Shown: in pieces, positions 20,999-30,274 of the stretch
Layout of the letters: every line of letters begins with the position of its first letter
Numbering within the stretch: the first letter of the stretch is position 1
Source: an uncultured bacterium
Lineage (GTDB): Bacteria > Actinomycetota > Acidimicrobiia > Spongiisociales > UBA5794
Reading direction: 5' to 3'
DNA: 64,000 nt
NCBI GenBank assembly: GCA_963801165.1
Contig: CAWDDT010000006.1
Location: 544,001-608,000 of the forward strand
Translations under genes and position numbers: made by a program
The notes under the pieces: generated by a model
The model's input: the letters and a program-made list of their open reading frames with translations, nothing else
Told to the model about the DNA's origin: nothing
Database searches by the model: none

Positions 20999-22162
20999 AT
21001 GCATGTCGGCATACTCCATGAACACTCCCCGGGCGAGCATCGTGTGGCCGCAACGCCGCAGACCGTCGCCACTTATGTCAGCTGGGGCTGGCAGGTAAAC
21101 GTCGAAAGCGGTGCCGGTGATTCCGCCGGCTTCCCCGATCATCTCTACACCGAGGCAGGTGCCACCCTCGTGGACGGGCCAACGGCGCGCGGCGCCGACA
21201 TCGTCCTGTGTGTCAGCGCCCCTGCCGAGCTCACCGATCTCAAGTCGGGTGCGATCCTCGTCGGGTTCCTCGATCCGTTTGTCGACTCCAACCTGGTCGC
21301 CGCGTTGCGCGACCAGGGGATCACGGCACTTGCGGTCGAGGCGATTCCCCGCACCACCCTGGCACAGGGCATGGACGCGTTGTCCTCGCAAGCCAACATC
21401 GGCGGTTACGCCGCGGCGCTCCTCGCCGCGAACGCGTCGCCGAAGATGCTCCCGATGATGGTCACCGCGGCCGGGACGATCCCCCCGTCACGGGCCCTGA
21501 TTCTCGGTGTCGGTGTCGCCGGTCTCCAGGCCATCGCCACTGCCAAGCGGCTCGGTGCCGTAGTCCACGCTTACGACATCCGCCCGGAGACCGCCGAGCA
21601 GGTCGAGAGTCTAGGTGCCAGGTTCGTCGCCGCTCCGACCCAGGAGATGGATGAAGGCGGCTACGCCAAGGAGGTCGGCACGGACACACAGGCTCAGCAA
21701 CACGCCGCGCTGGCGCCGCACGTGGCCGAGGCCGACATCCTGATCACGACCGCGCAGATCCCGGGTCGGCCCGCACCGCTGCTCGTCACCGACGAGATGG
21801 TGGCGCTGATGCAGCCCGGGTCGGTGATCGTAGACATGGCCGCCGGTTCCGGTGGCAACGTCGCCCCGTCCCGTCCCGACGAGATGGTCAACGTCAACGG
21901 CGTCCATATCTACGGCCCCACCAACTTGCCGGCGACGATCCCCCACGATGCGAGCCGTATGTACGCCAGGAACATCGTGAACCTGCTGGAGCGGGTCAAA
22001 TCCGACGAGGGAGCTGCCATCGATTTCGACGACGAGATCGTCGGCGGGACCACGATCACCCACAATGGCGAGGTACACCATCCCCTCAGCAGGGCGCTGC
22101 TCGGGCTGAACGACGAGATCCAGCCACAGGTCGCCCAACCAGAGCAAGGAGGCACCGAATGA
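20999..22162 (+). CDS. pntA: NAD(P) transhydrogenase subunit alpha, part 1
   Basis: GEHRVAATP, DALSSQANIGGY, GVGVAGLQAIATAKRLGA, ITTAQIPGRPAP. Confidence 0.95.
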   Translation: MHVGILHEHSPGEHRVAATPQTVATYVSWGWQVNVESGAGDSAGFPDHLYTEAGATLVDGPTARGADIVLCVSAPAELTDLKSGAILVGFLDPFVDSNLVAALRDQGITALAVEAIPRTTLAQGMDALSSQANIGGYAAALLAANASPKMLPMMVTAAGTIPPSRALILGVGVAGLQAIATAKRLGAVVHAYDIRPETAEQVESLGARFVAAPTQEMDEGGYAKEVGTDTQAQQHAALAPHVAEADILITTAQIPGRPAPLLVTDEMVALMQPGSVIVDMAAGSGGNVAPSRPDEMVNVNGVHIYGPTNLPATIPHDASRMYARNIVNLLERVKSDEGAAIDFDDEIVGGTTITHNGEVHHPLSRALLGLNDEIQPQVAQPEQGGTE

Positions 22163-22455
22163 GCGCCGCCTTCGTCAGCGGCATCGTGGTGTTCGTGCTG
22201 GCGTCATTCGTCGGGTTCGAGGTCATCTCGAAAGTGCCGCCGACGCTGCACACACCGCTGATGTCCGGAGCCAATGCCATTTCCGGCATCACCATCGTCG
22301 GTGCACTCATCGCAGCCGGCGTCGGAAAGGGCAGCTTCGCAGCCATTCTCGGCTTCCTGGCCGTCGCCTCGGCGACGATCAACGTCGTAGGTGGTTTCCT
22401 GGTCACCGACCGGATGCTCGAGATGTTCAAGCGCAAGCCGCGGAGTCGGTCATGA
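22159..22455 (+). CDS. NAD(P) transhydrogenase subunit alpha, part 2
   Basis: KVPPTLHTPLMSGANAISG, INVVGGFLVTDRML. Confidence 0.95.
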   Translation: MSAAFVSGIVVFVLASFVGFEVISKVPPTLHTPLMSGANAISGITIVGALIAAGVGKGSFAAILGFLAVASATINVVGGFLVTDRMLEMFKRKPRSRS

Positions 22456-23858
22456 GCGGTCTGTTCCTGCTTGCCCAGGCCGAGTCGAATGAGGGAAGCG
22501 TCACGCTCCTCCTCTATCTCCTTGCGGCAGTCCTGTTCATCATCGGCTTGAAACAGCTGGCCTCGCCACGCACCGCACGGCGCGGCAACATGCTGGCGGG
22601 CGTCGGCATGCTGATCGCGATTGTCGTGACGCTGGTTGAAAATGACATCGCCAATTGGGGGACGGTCGTCGCCGGCCTCCTCGTCGGCAGCGCCGTTGGG
22701 GCGTATCTCGCATTGCGGGTCAACATGACGGCGATGCCGGAGCTGGTCGCCGCGTTCAACGGCTTCGGTGGCGTCGCCTCGGCCTTGGTCGCTCTCGCCG
22801 AGATCGAGCGGACAGGCTCCCACTTCAACGTGGAAACCGGTGTCGTCGTGGCGCTGTCCCTCGCAGTCGGGTCGATCACCTTCTCGGGCAGCTTCGTCGC
22901 ATTCGGCAAGCTCAACGGCTCGCTCCCGGGCAGACCGGTGTCGCTTCCCGGTGGGAAGTTGCTCAACGCGGTACTGGCAGCCGCGGCCATCGCGAGCAGC
23001 ATCTGGGCTATTGCTGCCGACAATGCTCTCGCCTTTTGGCTGGTCGTAGCCATCACCCTCGTTCTCGGCGTGCTGGCGGTCATCCCGATTGGTGGCGCCG
23101 ACATGCCCGTCGTCATCTCGCTGCTCAACTCGTTCTCGGGTGTTGCGGCTGCCATGGCGGGCTTCGTCATCGGGAACTCGGCGTTGATCATCGGTGGTGC
23201 CCTCGTCGGGGCCGCCGGGTTGATCCTCACCCTGCAGATGGCCGAAGCCATGAACCGAACGATCGCCAATGTGTTGTTCTCGGGGTTCGGTGCCGTGTCT
23301 GCCGGGCCGGTGACAACGGGCGACAAACCCGTCAAGCGGGCTACACCCGATGACGTCGCCATCGCTCTGGCGTATGCCGAGAACGTGATCGTCGTCCCGG
23401 GATACGGTCTCGCCGTTGCCCAGGCGCAGCACGCGGTCCGGGAACTGGCGAACCTTCTCGAGGACAGAGGCGTCAACGTTGAATACGCCATCCATCCTGT
23501 GGCGGGCCGCATGCCGGGCCACATGAACGTGCTGCTCGCCGAGGCCGACGTGCCGTACGAGCAGCTGCTCGACCTTGACCAGTCGAACCCCCGGTTCCCG
23601 CACACCGACGTGGCCCTGGTCATCGGCGCCAACGACGTGGTGAACCCGTCCGCTCGTGACGACGAGACCAGCCCGATCTACGGGATGCCGATCCTCGAGG
23701 TCGATCACGCCACTACCGTCGTCGTAATAAAGCGGAGCCTCTCCCCCGGTTTCGCCGGGATCGACAATCCGCTGTTCTACATGGACGGGACGATGATGCT
23801 CTTTGCCGACGGCAAGGAAGCCGTCCAGTCGGTGATCGACGCCATGGCCGACGTCTGA
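22452..23858 (+). CDS. pntB: NAD(P) transhydrogenase subunit beta
   Basis: IGGADMPVVISLLNS, PGYGLAVAQAQ, IHPVAGRMPGHMNVLLAEA, GANDVVNP. Confidence 0.96.
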   Translation: MSGLFLLAQAESNEGSVTLLLYLLAAVLFIIGLKQLASPRTARRGNMLAGVGMLIAIVVTLVENDIANWGTVVAGLLVGSAVGAYLALRVNMTAMPELVAAFNGFGGVASALVALAEIERTGSHFNVETGVVVALSLAVGSITFSGSFVAFGKLNGSLPGRPVSLPGGKLLNAVLAAAAIASSIWAIAADNALAFWLVVAITLVLGVLAVIPIGGADMPVVISLLNSFSGVAAAMAGFVIGNSALIIGGALVGAAGLILTLQMAEAMNRTIANVLFSGFGAVSAGPVTTGDKPVKRATPDDVAIALAYAENVIVVPGYGLAVAQAQHAVRELANLLEDRGVNVEYAIHPVAGRMPGHMNVLLAEADVPYEQLLDLDQSNPRFPHTDVALVIGANDVVNPSARDDETSPIYGMPILEVDHATTVVVIKRSLSPGFAGIDNPLFYMDGTMMLFADGKEAVQSVIDAMADV

Positions 23859-23940
23859 GCGGGCTCCGGGCCGGGGCGTCTCCCAAGATGGGGCCCCGGC
23901 GGGGTTAGCATCTGGAGCCACTTCGACGTTGGGTGTGGTG

Positions 23941-24831
23941 ATGCTGGAGATAAACGAGCTGCGCAAGCAATACGGCGACGTCGTCGCGCTCGACGGCTGC
24001 TCGTTCCAGGTCCGGCGTGGCCAGTTGCTCGGCTTTCTCGGTCCCAACGGCTCCGGGAAGACAACGACGATGCGCTCGGTGTTCTCGCTGGTCCGTCCAG
24101 ACTCAGGAACGGTGCGCTGGCAAGGGGCCCCGATCGATGCGCCCATCCGGCTCCGATTCGGCTACATGCCCGAGCAGCGCGGGCTGTATCCCCGCATGAA
24201 GGTCGCCACCCAGCTCGTCTATTTCGCCAGGCTCCACGGCATGGAGAAGACGGCGGCGACCCGGGCCGCGCAGCATTGGCTCGAGCGTCTTGGTCTCGCC
24301 GACCGTGCCGCCAGCCGGCTGGAACAGTTGTCACATGGCAACCAGCAACGCATCCAGCTGGCCGCGGCGCTGATCCACGATCCGGAGCTATTGATTCTCG
24401 ATGAGCCGTTCTCAGGGCTCGACCCGATCGGTGTCGAGGACATGATGGGGATACTGGTTGAACGAGCCGGACAGGGCACCGCAGTCGTCTTCTCCAGCCA
24501 TCAACTCGACCTGGTCGAGGACTTGTGCGAGGACGTTGTCATCATCTCAGCCGGGAAGGTCGTGTTGGCGGGGCCGATACGTGAGCTCAGAGCCCGCTCC
24601 TCGCATCGCTATCTCGAGGTCGAAATCGCCACTAACACCGGCAACCTCGGTCGGGCCTTCCCCGGGTATGAGGTCATCAGCTCACACGACGGCCGCATCC
24701 GTCTCCGGGTCGACGACCAGACACCGCTCGAACCGCTCGTCCGCAGCGCCGCTGCGCTGGGACGGGTGCGCCAATTCTCGTACACGCCTCCAAACCTGAG
24801 CGAGGTGTTCCGGGAGGTGGTCGATCAATGA
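23941..24831 (+). CDS. ABC-2 type transporter ATP-binding protein
   Basis: GPNGSGKTT, LSHGNQQR, ILDEPFSGLD; start uncertain (23929-23941). Confidence 0.93.
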   Translation: MLEINELRKQYGDVVALDGCSFQVRRGQLLGFLGPNGSGKTTTMRSVFSLVRPDSGTVRWQGAPIDAPIRLRFGYMPEQRGLYPRMKVATQLVYFARLHGMEKTAATRAAQHWLERLGLADRAASRLEQLSHGNQQRIQLAAALIHDPELLILDEPFSGLDPIGVEDMMGILVERAGQGTAVVFSSHQLDLVEDLCEDVVIISAGKVVLAGPIRELRARSSHRYLEVEIATNTGNLGRAFPGYEVISSHDGRIRLRVDDQTPLEPLVRSAAALGRVRQFSYTPPNLSEVFREVVDQ

Positions 24832-26006
24832 GCCCGCTCCGTTCGATACTCCTCGTCGCCGCCCGCGACTTCAAGGAACGGGTGACGAGCCGGGCCTTCC
24901 AGCTGTCGACGGGGATAACGATCCTGTTCGTGGCCGCATGGATCGTCGTTCCCGCCATCTTCTTCGACAACAAACCTGACACATGGACAATCGGCATCAT
25001 CGGTGAGGAGCCCACCGGTTTCACCGCCGCAGTGGAGACAGCGTCGGGTCACGCCGCCATCGTGACCACGACCCCCTACGACTCGCGGGATGCTGCCGAG
25101 ACCGCACTGGACGACGGCGATATCGCAATGGCCGTCGACTCTTCCGGAACGGTGCTGGTCGATAACGGCACGAGTGATCAGATGCGGGCGGCTGTCGTAA
25201 CCGGCCTGGCGACGATCTCGATCTCTCAACGTGCAGACGAGCTCGGTATCGAGGTGACCGACCTCGCCGATCTCGTCACCGGTGGCTACCACGTCGAGTC
25301 CGTGGCCCCGGCGGGCGAGGCGGACACGGAACGGGGGCGTATCTTTGCGTTCTTCGTGACCGTCGTGCTCTTCATGTCGATCGTGACCTACGGCTCGTGG
25401 ATCCTCATCGGGGTGATCGAGGAGAAGACGAGCCGGGTTGTCGAGGTGGTGCTGGGGACACTCCGCCCGCATCAGCTCCTGGCGGGGAAGGTGCTGGGCA
25501 TCGGTGTGCTCGGCATCGCCCAGGTGCTGGCGATCGGGGTCGTCGCCATGAGCCTGTTGCCGCTCCAGCACGCATTCCAGATCCCGTCGGCCGCCGGTTC
25601 CGTGCTGTTCTGGGCATTCACCTGGTATCTGCTCGGCTTCGCCTTCTATTCCGTCGCTTACGCCGCCGCCGGTTCGCTCGTCTCCCGTCAGGAGGAGGCG
25701 CAGAACGCCGCCTTCCCGCTCACAATGATGTTGATGGCGGCCTACTTCATCGCCTCGTTCTCGATAACAGGAGATAATCCGGTGCTTAGGATTGCGTCGC
25801 TTCTTCCGATGTTTGCGCCAATGACAATGCCGCTTCGGGTTGCCGGTGGCGATGTGGCGGTGTGGGAAATGGCTCTGTCGCTTTCGCTGATGGTTATCTC
25901 GGTCTACGGTCTGATGCGGTTCGCCGGCCGGGTCTACTCGGGTGGCGTGCTCCAGGGCGTGGGACGTGTCAAGTGGAAAGAGGCGTTCCGCGCCTCACGG
26001 ACCTAA
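24828..26006 (+). CDS. ABC-2 type transporter permease
   Basis: Multiple TM helices, EEKTSRVVEVVL..GKVLG motif. Confidence 0.92.
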   Translation: MSPLRSILLVAARDFKERVTSRAFQLSTGITILFVAAWIVVPAIFFDNKPDTWTIGIIGEEPTGFTAAVETASGHAAIVTTTPYDSRDAAETALDDGDIAMAVDSSGTVLVDNGTSDQMRAAVVTGLATISISQRADELGIEVTDLADLVTGGYHVESVAPAGEADTERGRIFAFFVTVVLFMSIVTYGSWILIGVIEEKTSRVVEVVLGTLRPHQLLAGKVLGIGVLGIAQVLAIGVVAMSLLPLQHAFQIPSAAGSVLFWAFTWYLLGFAFYSVAYAAAGSLVSRQEEAQNAAFPLTMMLMAAYFIASFSITGDNPVLRIASLLPMFAPMTMPLRVAGGDVAVWEMALSLSLMVISVYGLMRFAGRVYSGGVLQGVGRVKWKEAFRASRT

Positions 26007-26048
26007 TCGAGAAAACCAAAAAGACCGAGCGATCGAACAAGAGGACCA

Positions 26049-27200
26049 ATGAAGCTCTCTATCACCACCAGAGCACCGTACGACCCACCGGTCGAGTTCG
26101 TCGAGCGCAAGGGAACCGGTCACCCGGATACGATCTGTGACCATCTCGCCGAGGAGCTCGCCCGGGAACTGGCCACCGAGTACATCGCCCATACCGGCGT
26201 CGTTCAGCACTTCAATGTGGACAAGGCCATCCTGGCGGCGGGTGCCGTCGACATCGGCTTTGGCGGCGGCAAGCATATACGCCCCTCCCGGTTGGTGCTG
26301 GTCGGCAAGGCGGACTCGCTCAAGGAATGGCGACCCGACCCGGAAGATCTTGCGGTCCGCTACAAGGCGAAGTTGCTCGAGCTGCTCCCCGACGCCACCC
26401 CCGAGGCATTCGACTTCGAGATCTGGCTCAACCAGTCATCCGTCGATCTGGCGACCGTCGTCAATCGCCGCGACGGCGACGTTCCGCTCGCCAACGACAC
26501 GTCGTTTGCTGCCGTATCGCTGCCCCGATCCCCGCTCGAGGCGGCCGTCCACGCCGTCGAGCAGCGTCTCAACAGCGACGAGTTCCGCAGCGTGCACCCG
26601 GTGGGCCGGGACATCAAGGTCATGGGCGCCCGCAGCAACGAGTCGACGCATGTCACGGTCGCCTGCCCGGTGGTGGCCACCCGGGTCGAGGGCTGGGCCG
26701 ACTACAACGCCACGCTCGATGCCGTCCACGACGAAGTCTCCGCAATTGCCCGACCCTTCCTCGGAGACGACGTCGTTGTCAAGGTGAACCAGGCCGACCA
26801 GGTCGACAGCCCGTACCTCACGCTCACAGGTACCTCCGCAGAGGCCGGTGACGATGGTCAGGTGGGGAGGGGCAACCGCTTCGGTGGCCTCATCACGCCC
26901 TACCGTCCGATGAGCCTGGAAGCGACCGCCGGGAAGAACCCGTTCGCCCACGTCGGCAAGACGTATCACGCGTTTGCCGCCGACATGACCGAGCGGCTTC
27001 ACGACGAGACGGGCGTCTCCGAGTCGACGATCCGGCTTCTGAGCTCGATCGGGCGACCGGTGTCCGATCCGGAGGTGGTTCACATCGAGAAGGCCGGCGA
27101 TGCGGACCCGGCAGACATCGAGGGAATCGCCAAGGAGTGCCTCGCCGATTGGAAGGGCGTGCGAGACCGCTTGATCGCCGGCTACTACGAACTGTATTAG
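26049..27200 (+). CDS. mat: Methionine adenosyltransferase (SAM synthetase), archaeal type
   Basis: EFVERKGTGHPDTICD, HFNVDK, ANDTS, GRDIKVMG, GDDGQVGRGNR..GLITP.RPMSLEATAGKNP..HVGK, all signatures of the archaeal family rather than MetK. Confidence 0.9.
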   Translation: MKLSITTRAPYDPPVEFVERKGTGHPDTICDHLAEELARELATEYIAHTGVVQHFNVDKAILAAGAVDIGFGGGKHIRPSRLVLVGKADSLKEWRPDPEDLAVRYKAKLLELLPDATPEAFDFEIWLNQSSVDLATVVNRRDGDVPLANDTSFAAVSLPRSPLEAAVHAVEQRLNSDEFRSVHPVGRDIKVMGARSNESTHVTVACPVVATRVEGWADYNATLDAVHDEVSAIARPFLGDDVVVKVNQADQVDSPYLTLTGTSAEAGDDGQVGRGNRFGGLITPYRPMSLEATAGKNPFAHVGKTYHAFAADMTERLHDETGVSESTIRLLSSIGRPVSDPEVVHIEKAGDADPADIEGIAKECLADWKGVRDRLIAGYYELY

Positions 27201-27260
27201 TCCGCGGCGCCGGGTTCCGGGCCCTACCCCATCCCCTCACGTCCCGAAGCAACGCGCGTG

Positions 27261-28166
27261 TCAGTCTCTCTCGAGGGTCGTCATGACGCTCTGGGCTGAT
27301 TTCGGGCCGTAGCGGGGGGCGTGGACACCGGATAGCTTGATCAGCACGATCGCCCTACGACGGTTAGGACGGTACACCTCGAGCAGTTCCTCCATGCGGG
27401 CGTCGGTGGCGCGTGGCTCGCGAGCCAGCGCCCAGGCGACGGTGTTGGGCAGGTGGAAGTCGCCAAGCGGCACGGCGTCGCGATCGCCCCAGGCGCTCCC
27501 CATGACCCGGGCCGCCGTCCACGGCCCGATGCCGGGTACCGCTTCGAGACGGGCACGGGCGGCCTCCCGATCCATGGTCGTGATCTCCTCGAGCCGGGAT
27601 GCGCAGCGGGCGGCCTCTCGGATCACCCGGGCCCGGTTTTGTTCGATACCGAGGCGGTGGAAGTCGGCGTGATCGAGCCGAAGCACCGCGTCGGGCAACG
27701 GCGGCAGTACGAGACCCGAGTCTCCGGGCGCCGGCTCCCCGGCGAATCGGGCCAATCGCCTGTAGCTGCGGCGGGCCTCATCGGTGGTGACCCGTTGCCC
27801 GATGATCGCAGACAGCACAGCATCAAACACCCGGCCGGAAGCACCAAGCCGGAGACCCCGATGGCGCAGGTGCATCTCACGGACCAAGCCGGTTCGCGGA
27901 TCGAACCGGGAGGGATCGTCGTCGAGCCCAACGGTTTGGGGCACGGCGGCAAGCTCGGCGACAGCCCCCGGACCGATAGCAGCGGCGCGCAGATAACCGC
28001 TCTCGAACTCGAGCGAGACGGTGACGGGCCCCTCTTCGGTCCACGCTGCATACGAGACCTGGTCGGGCCCAATCTCGCGCAGAGCGGGCCCGCTCGGTGC
28101 GGTCATGCGCAGACTCGTCGCCAGGTGCAGAGCACCCGCTACTTTCCACGTCTCCTCGTAGATCAT
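27261..28166 (-). CDS. HhH-GPD DNA-3-methyladenine glycosylase (AlkA-like)
   Basis: AIIGQRV, LEAVPGIGPWTA, GD.DAVP.GDFHL. Confidence 0.88.
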   Translation of the reverse strand: MIYEETWKVAGALHLATSLRMTAPSGPALREIGPDQVSYAAWTEEGPVTVSLEFESGYLRAAAIGPGAVAELAAVPQTVGLDDDPSRFDPRTGLVREMHLRHRGLRLGASGRVFDAVLSAIIGQRVTTDEARRSYRRLARFAGEPAPGDSGLVLPPLPDAVLRLDHADFHRLGIEQNRARVIREAARCASRLEEITTMDREAARARLEAVPGIGPWTAARVMGSAWGDRDAVPLGDFHLPNTVAWALAREPRATDARMEELLEVYRPNRRRAIVLIKLSGVHAPRYGPKSAQSVMTTLERD

Positions 28167-28282
28167 TGGCCATACCCTATCCGGCATCGAGGTAGGGCCG
28201 GGCGGTGCTATTTTCGGTGCATCCCGGCGCAGGATGTGCCGATGGCAAACCGATCCGACAACCCGCCAGGAGTGAGCGCACC

Positions 28283-29185
28283 GTGGACGAGAACAACGGA
28301 GACAAGCCGCTTTCGAGCGAAGAGATGCTGCGGCGCGCCCGGGAGGGACTTGGCGAAAGCAGCTCGACACCTCCCCCATCGTCACCAGCCGACGACTCCT
28401 ACTCGAGCATCGAATCTGAGATGGACATCGAGATGGAGCCGATCTACGAGGATGAGGAGACGCCGGCACATCCCTCTCCGGAGCCCAGGGAGTACGAGCG
28501 GCCGGCCGCGGAACCGCCTCCTCTGCCCACCCCGGTTGCCAACGACAACGTAGGCCACTGGGCCCCACCCCGGCCCGGGTCCGCCAGCCAGGACAGCGGC
28601 AACACAGCGCCGCCAAAAACCGAGCCCGAAAGCAGCACCTGGAGCAGTCAACTCCCTTCTCCACAGCCGACGCCGAAACCCAGGAAGAATGTTGGGAGCA
28701 TCGTGCTCATGATCGTTGTCGTGGCCATAGGCGGTGTGCTTGCGATCAAGCTCCTCGACAGCTCCAAGACGGTCGACCAGATGGCTGTCGGTGAATGCCT
28801 GAACTTCCCCGAGAAGGACGAGTTCAGCAGGTTCCAGCCGATCGATTGCACGGAGACCCACGAACTCGAGGTCTTTGCGATCATCGACATGGCGACGGTG
28901 TCAAAGGACTACTCGGTGGGGACCGCGTACCCCGGTGACAATACGCTCTTCTTCGCCGCACTGGACGCCTGTTCGGGTGCGCCGTTCGAATCGTATGTGG
29001 GTGTGCCCTATGGCGACACGGGAACTGCCGACACGACCCTTGGCGTGTTTGCATTCACACCAACCATCGAGGGCTGGCGGGAGCTCGACGAGCGTAGGGT
29101 GCAGTGTGTCGTGTTCCAGCAGGACTCGAGTAACGGGCAGATGATCCCGAGCACGAGATCCCTCGAGGGCAGCGGCGGAGTCTGA
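28283..29185 (+). CDS. Septum-formation-family membrane protein
   Basis: Pro-rich N-terminus, one TM helix, VGECLN...IDCTETHELEVF...YPG..C..F..YVG...PT..GW...RRVQC. Confidence 0.82.
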   Translation: MDENNGDKPLSSEEMLRRAREGLGESSSTPPPSSPADDSYSSIESEMDIEMEPIYEDEETPAHPSPEPREYERPAAEPPPLPTPVANDNVGHWAPPRPGSASQDSGNTAPPKTEPESSTWSSQLPSPQPTPKPRKNVGSIVLMIVVVAIGGVLAIKLLDSSKTVDQMAVGECLNFPEKDEFSRFQPIDCTETHELEVFAIIDMATVSKDYSVGTAYPGDNTLFFAALDACSGAPFESYVGVPYGDTGTADTTLGVFAFTPTIEGWRELDERRVQCVVFQQDSSNGQMIPSTRSLEGSGGV

Positions 29186-29202
29186 CACTACGCTGGCGGC
29201 CC

Positions 29203-30255
29203 ATGACGACGCCGCCGATTGAACGTGTCACCGCCTGGATGGTGGTGTTGCCACTTCGCACGGCCTTTGCGTCGGCGCGCACCCGCATCCACGAGCGCCG
29301 CCTTGTACTGATCCAGGTTTGCGCCGGCGAGCACACCGGATGGGGCGAGGCGGCACCGGTCCCCGGTCATACGGCCGAGAATATCGACGACATCTGGGAA
29401 CGGTTCACCGGCGCAGAGACACCCGGTGGCTTCGGGGATGTTCCGGGTCTGCTCGGGGCAGCACGCGACGAGGCATACGCCGATCTTGCCGCCCGCCAGT
29501 CGAGCCTGGCGCTCTGGCGGGTCCACGGTGGCACCCGGCCCGTCCCGGCCAGCGCCGCCGTCGGGTTGAACGACGCCGGCGACCCGGATCGGCGTGTAGT
29601 CGAATCAGCTGCGGCAGCCGGCTACCGGTTTGCCAAGCTGAAGGTGACCCAGCACACGAAACCCCTTGCCGTCGCCGCCCTGGTCGCCGACTACCCACAG
29701 CTCCGGTTCGGGGCAGACGCAAACGGATCCATGACACCCGGCAACGAGAATCTGCTCAAAGAACTCGACGAGCTCGGGCTCGAGTACCTGGAGCAACCAG
29801 GCCCGGCGGATGATATCGACTGGCACGTGCGCCTACGGAGCAGTTTGACGATGCCCGTGTCGCTTGACGAAGGAGCCGACTCACCGGAGAAAGTGCGCCG
29901 GATCGTCGCCTCCGGCGCCGCCGATATCGTCAACCTGAAGGTCAGCCGCTTCGGGCCGCGTCAGACACTGCAGCTGGCAGACGAAGTCGTGGCCGCCGGT
30001 CTGCGGGTGAGGATCGGCGGGCTCATCGAGAGCGGCATCGGCAGGGCACACTCCGTGGCGGTGGCGGCTCACGACCACTTTTCCGTCGTCGGTGACATCG
30101 CCGGATCCGATCGCTTCTTCGACGACGACCTGGTTCGCCCGCAATGGCGAGTTCACGACGGTTTGCTCTCCCTCCCGGAGTCTCCGGGTATTGGTGTCGA
30201 GGTGGACAAAGAAGCTGTCGCCGCCCACGCCGTCGCCTCGCTGAGCATTCCCTGA
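29203..30255 (+). CDS. menC: o-succinylbenzoate synthase / N-acylamino acid racemase-like enolase-superfamily enzyme
   Basis: GWGE, KLKV, ADANG, LEQP, LDE, NLKVSR, GGLIESGIGRA, GDIAGSDRFF. Confidence 0.75.
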   Translation: MTTPPIERVTAWMVVLPLRTAFASARTRIHERRLVLIQVCAGEHTGWGEAAPVPGHTAENIDDIWERFTGAETPGGFGDVPGLLGAARDEAYADLAARQSSLALWRVHGGTRPVPASAAVGLNDAGDPDRRVVESAAAAGYRFAKLKVTQHTKPLAVAALVADYPQLRFGADANGSMTPGNENLLKELDELGLEYLEQPGPADDIDWHVRLRSSLTMPVSLDEGADSPEKVRRIVASGAADIVNLKVSRFGPRQTLQLADEVVAAGLRVRIGGLIESGIGRAHSVAVAAHDHFSVVGDIAGSDRFFDDDLVRPQWRVHDGLLSLPESPGIGVEVDKEAVAAHAVASLSIP

Positions 30256-30274
30256 TCCGGCTACCGTACCGACC

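Noticed and set aside
22086-24146. Long antisense ORFs (e.g. 686 aa opposite pntB, 416 aa opposite sqr, 446 aa at 45772-47112)
   Set aside because: Shadow frames of high-GC genes with no recognisable motifs
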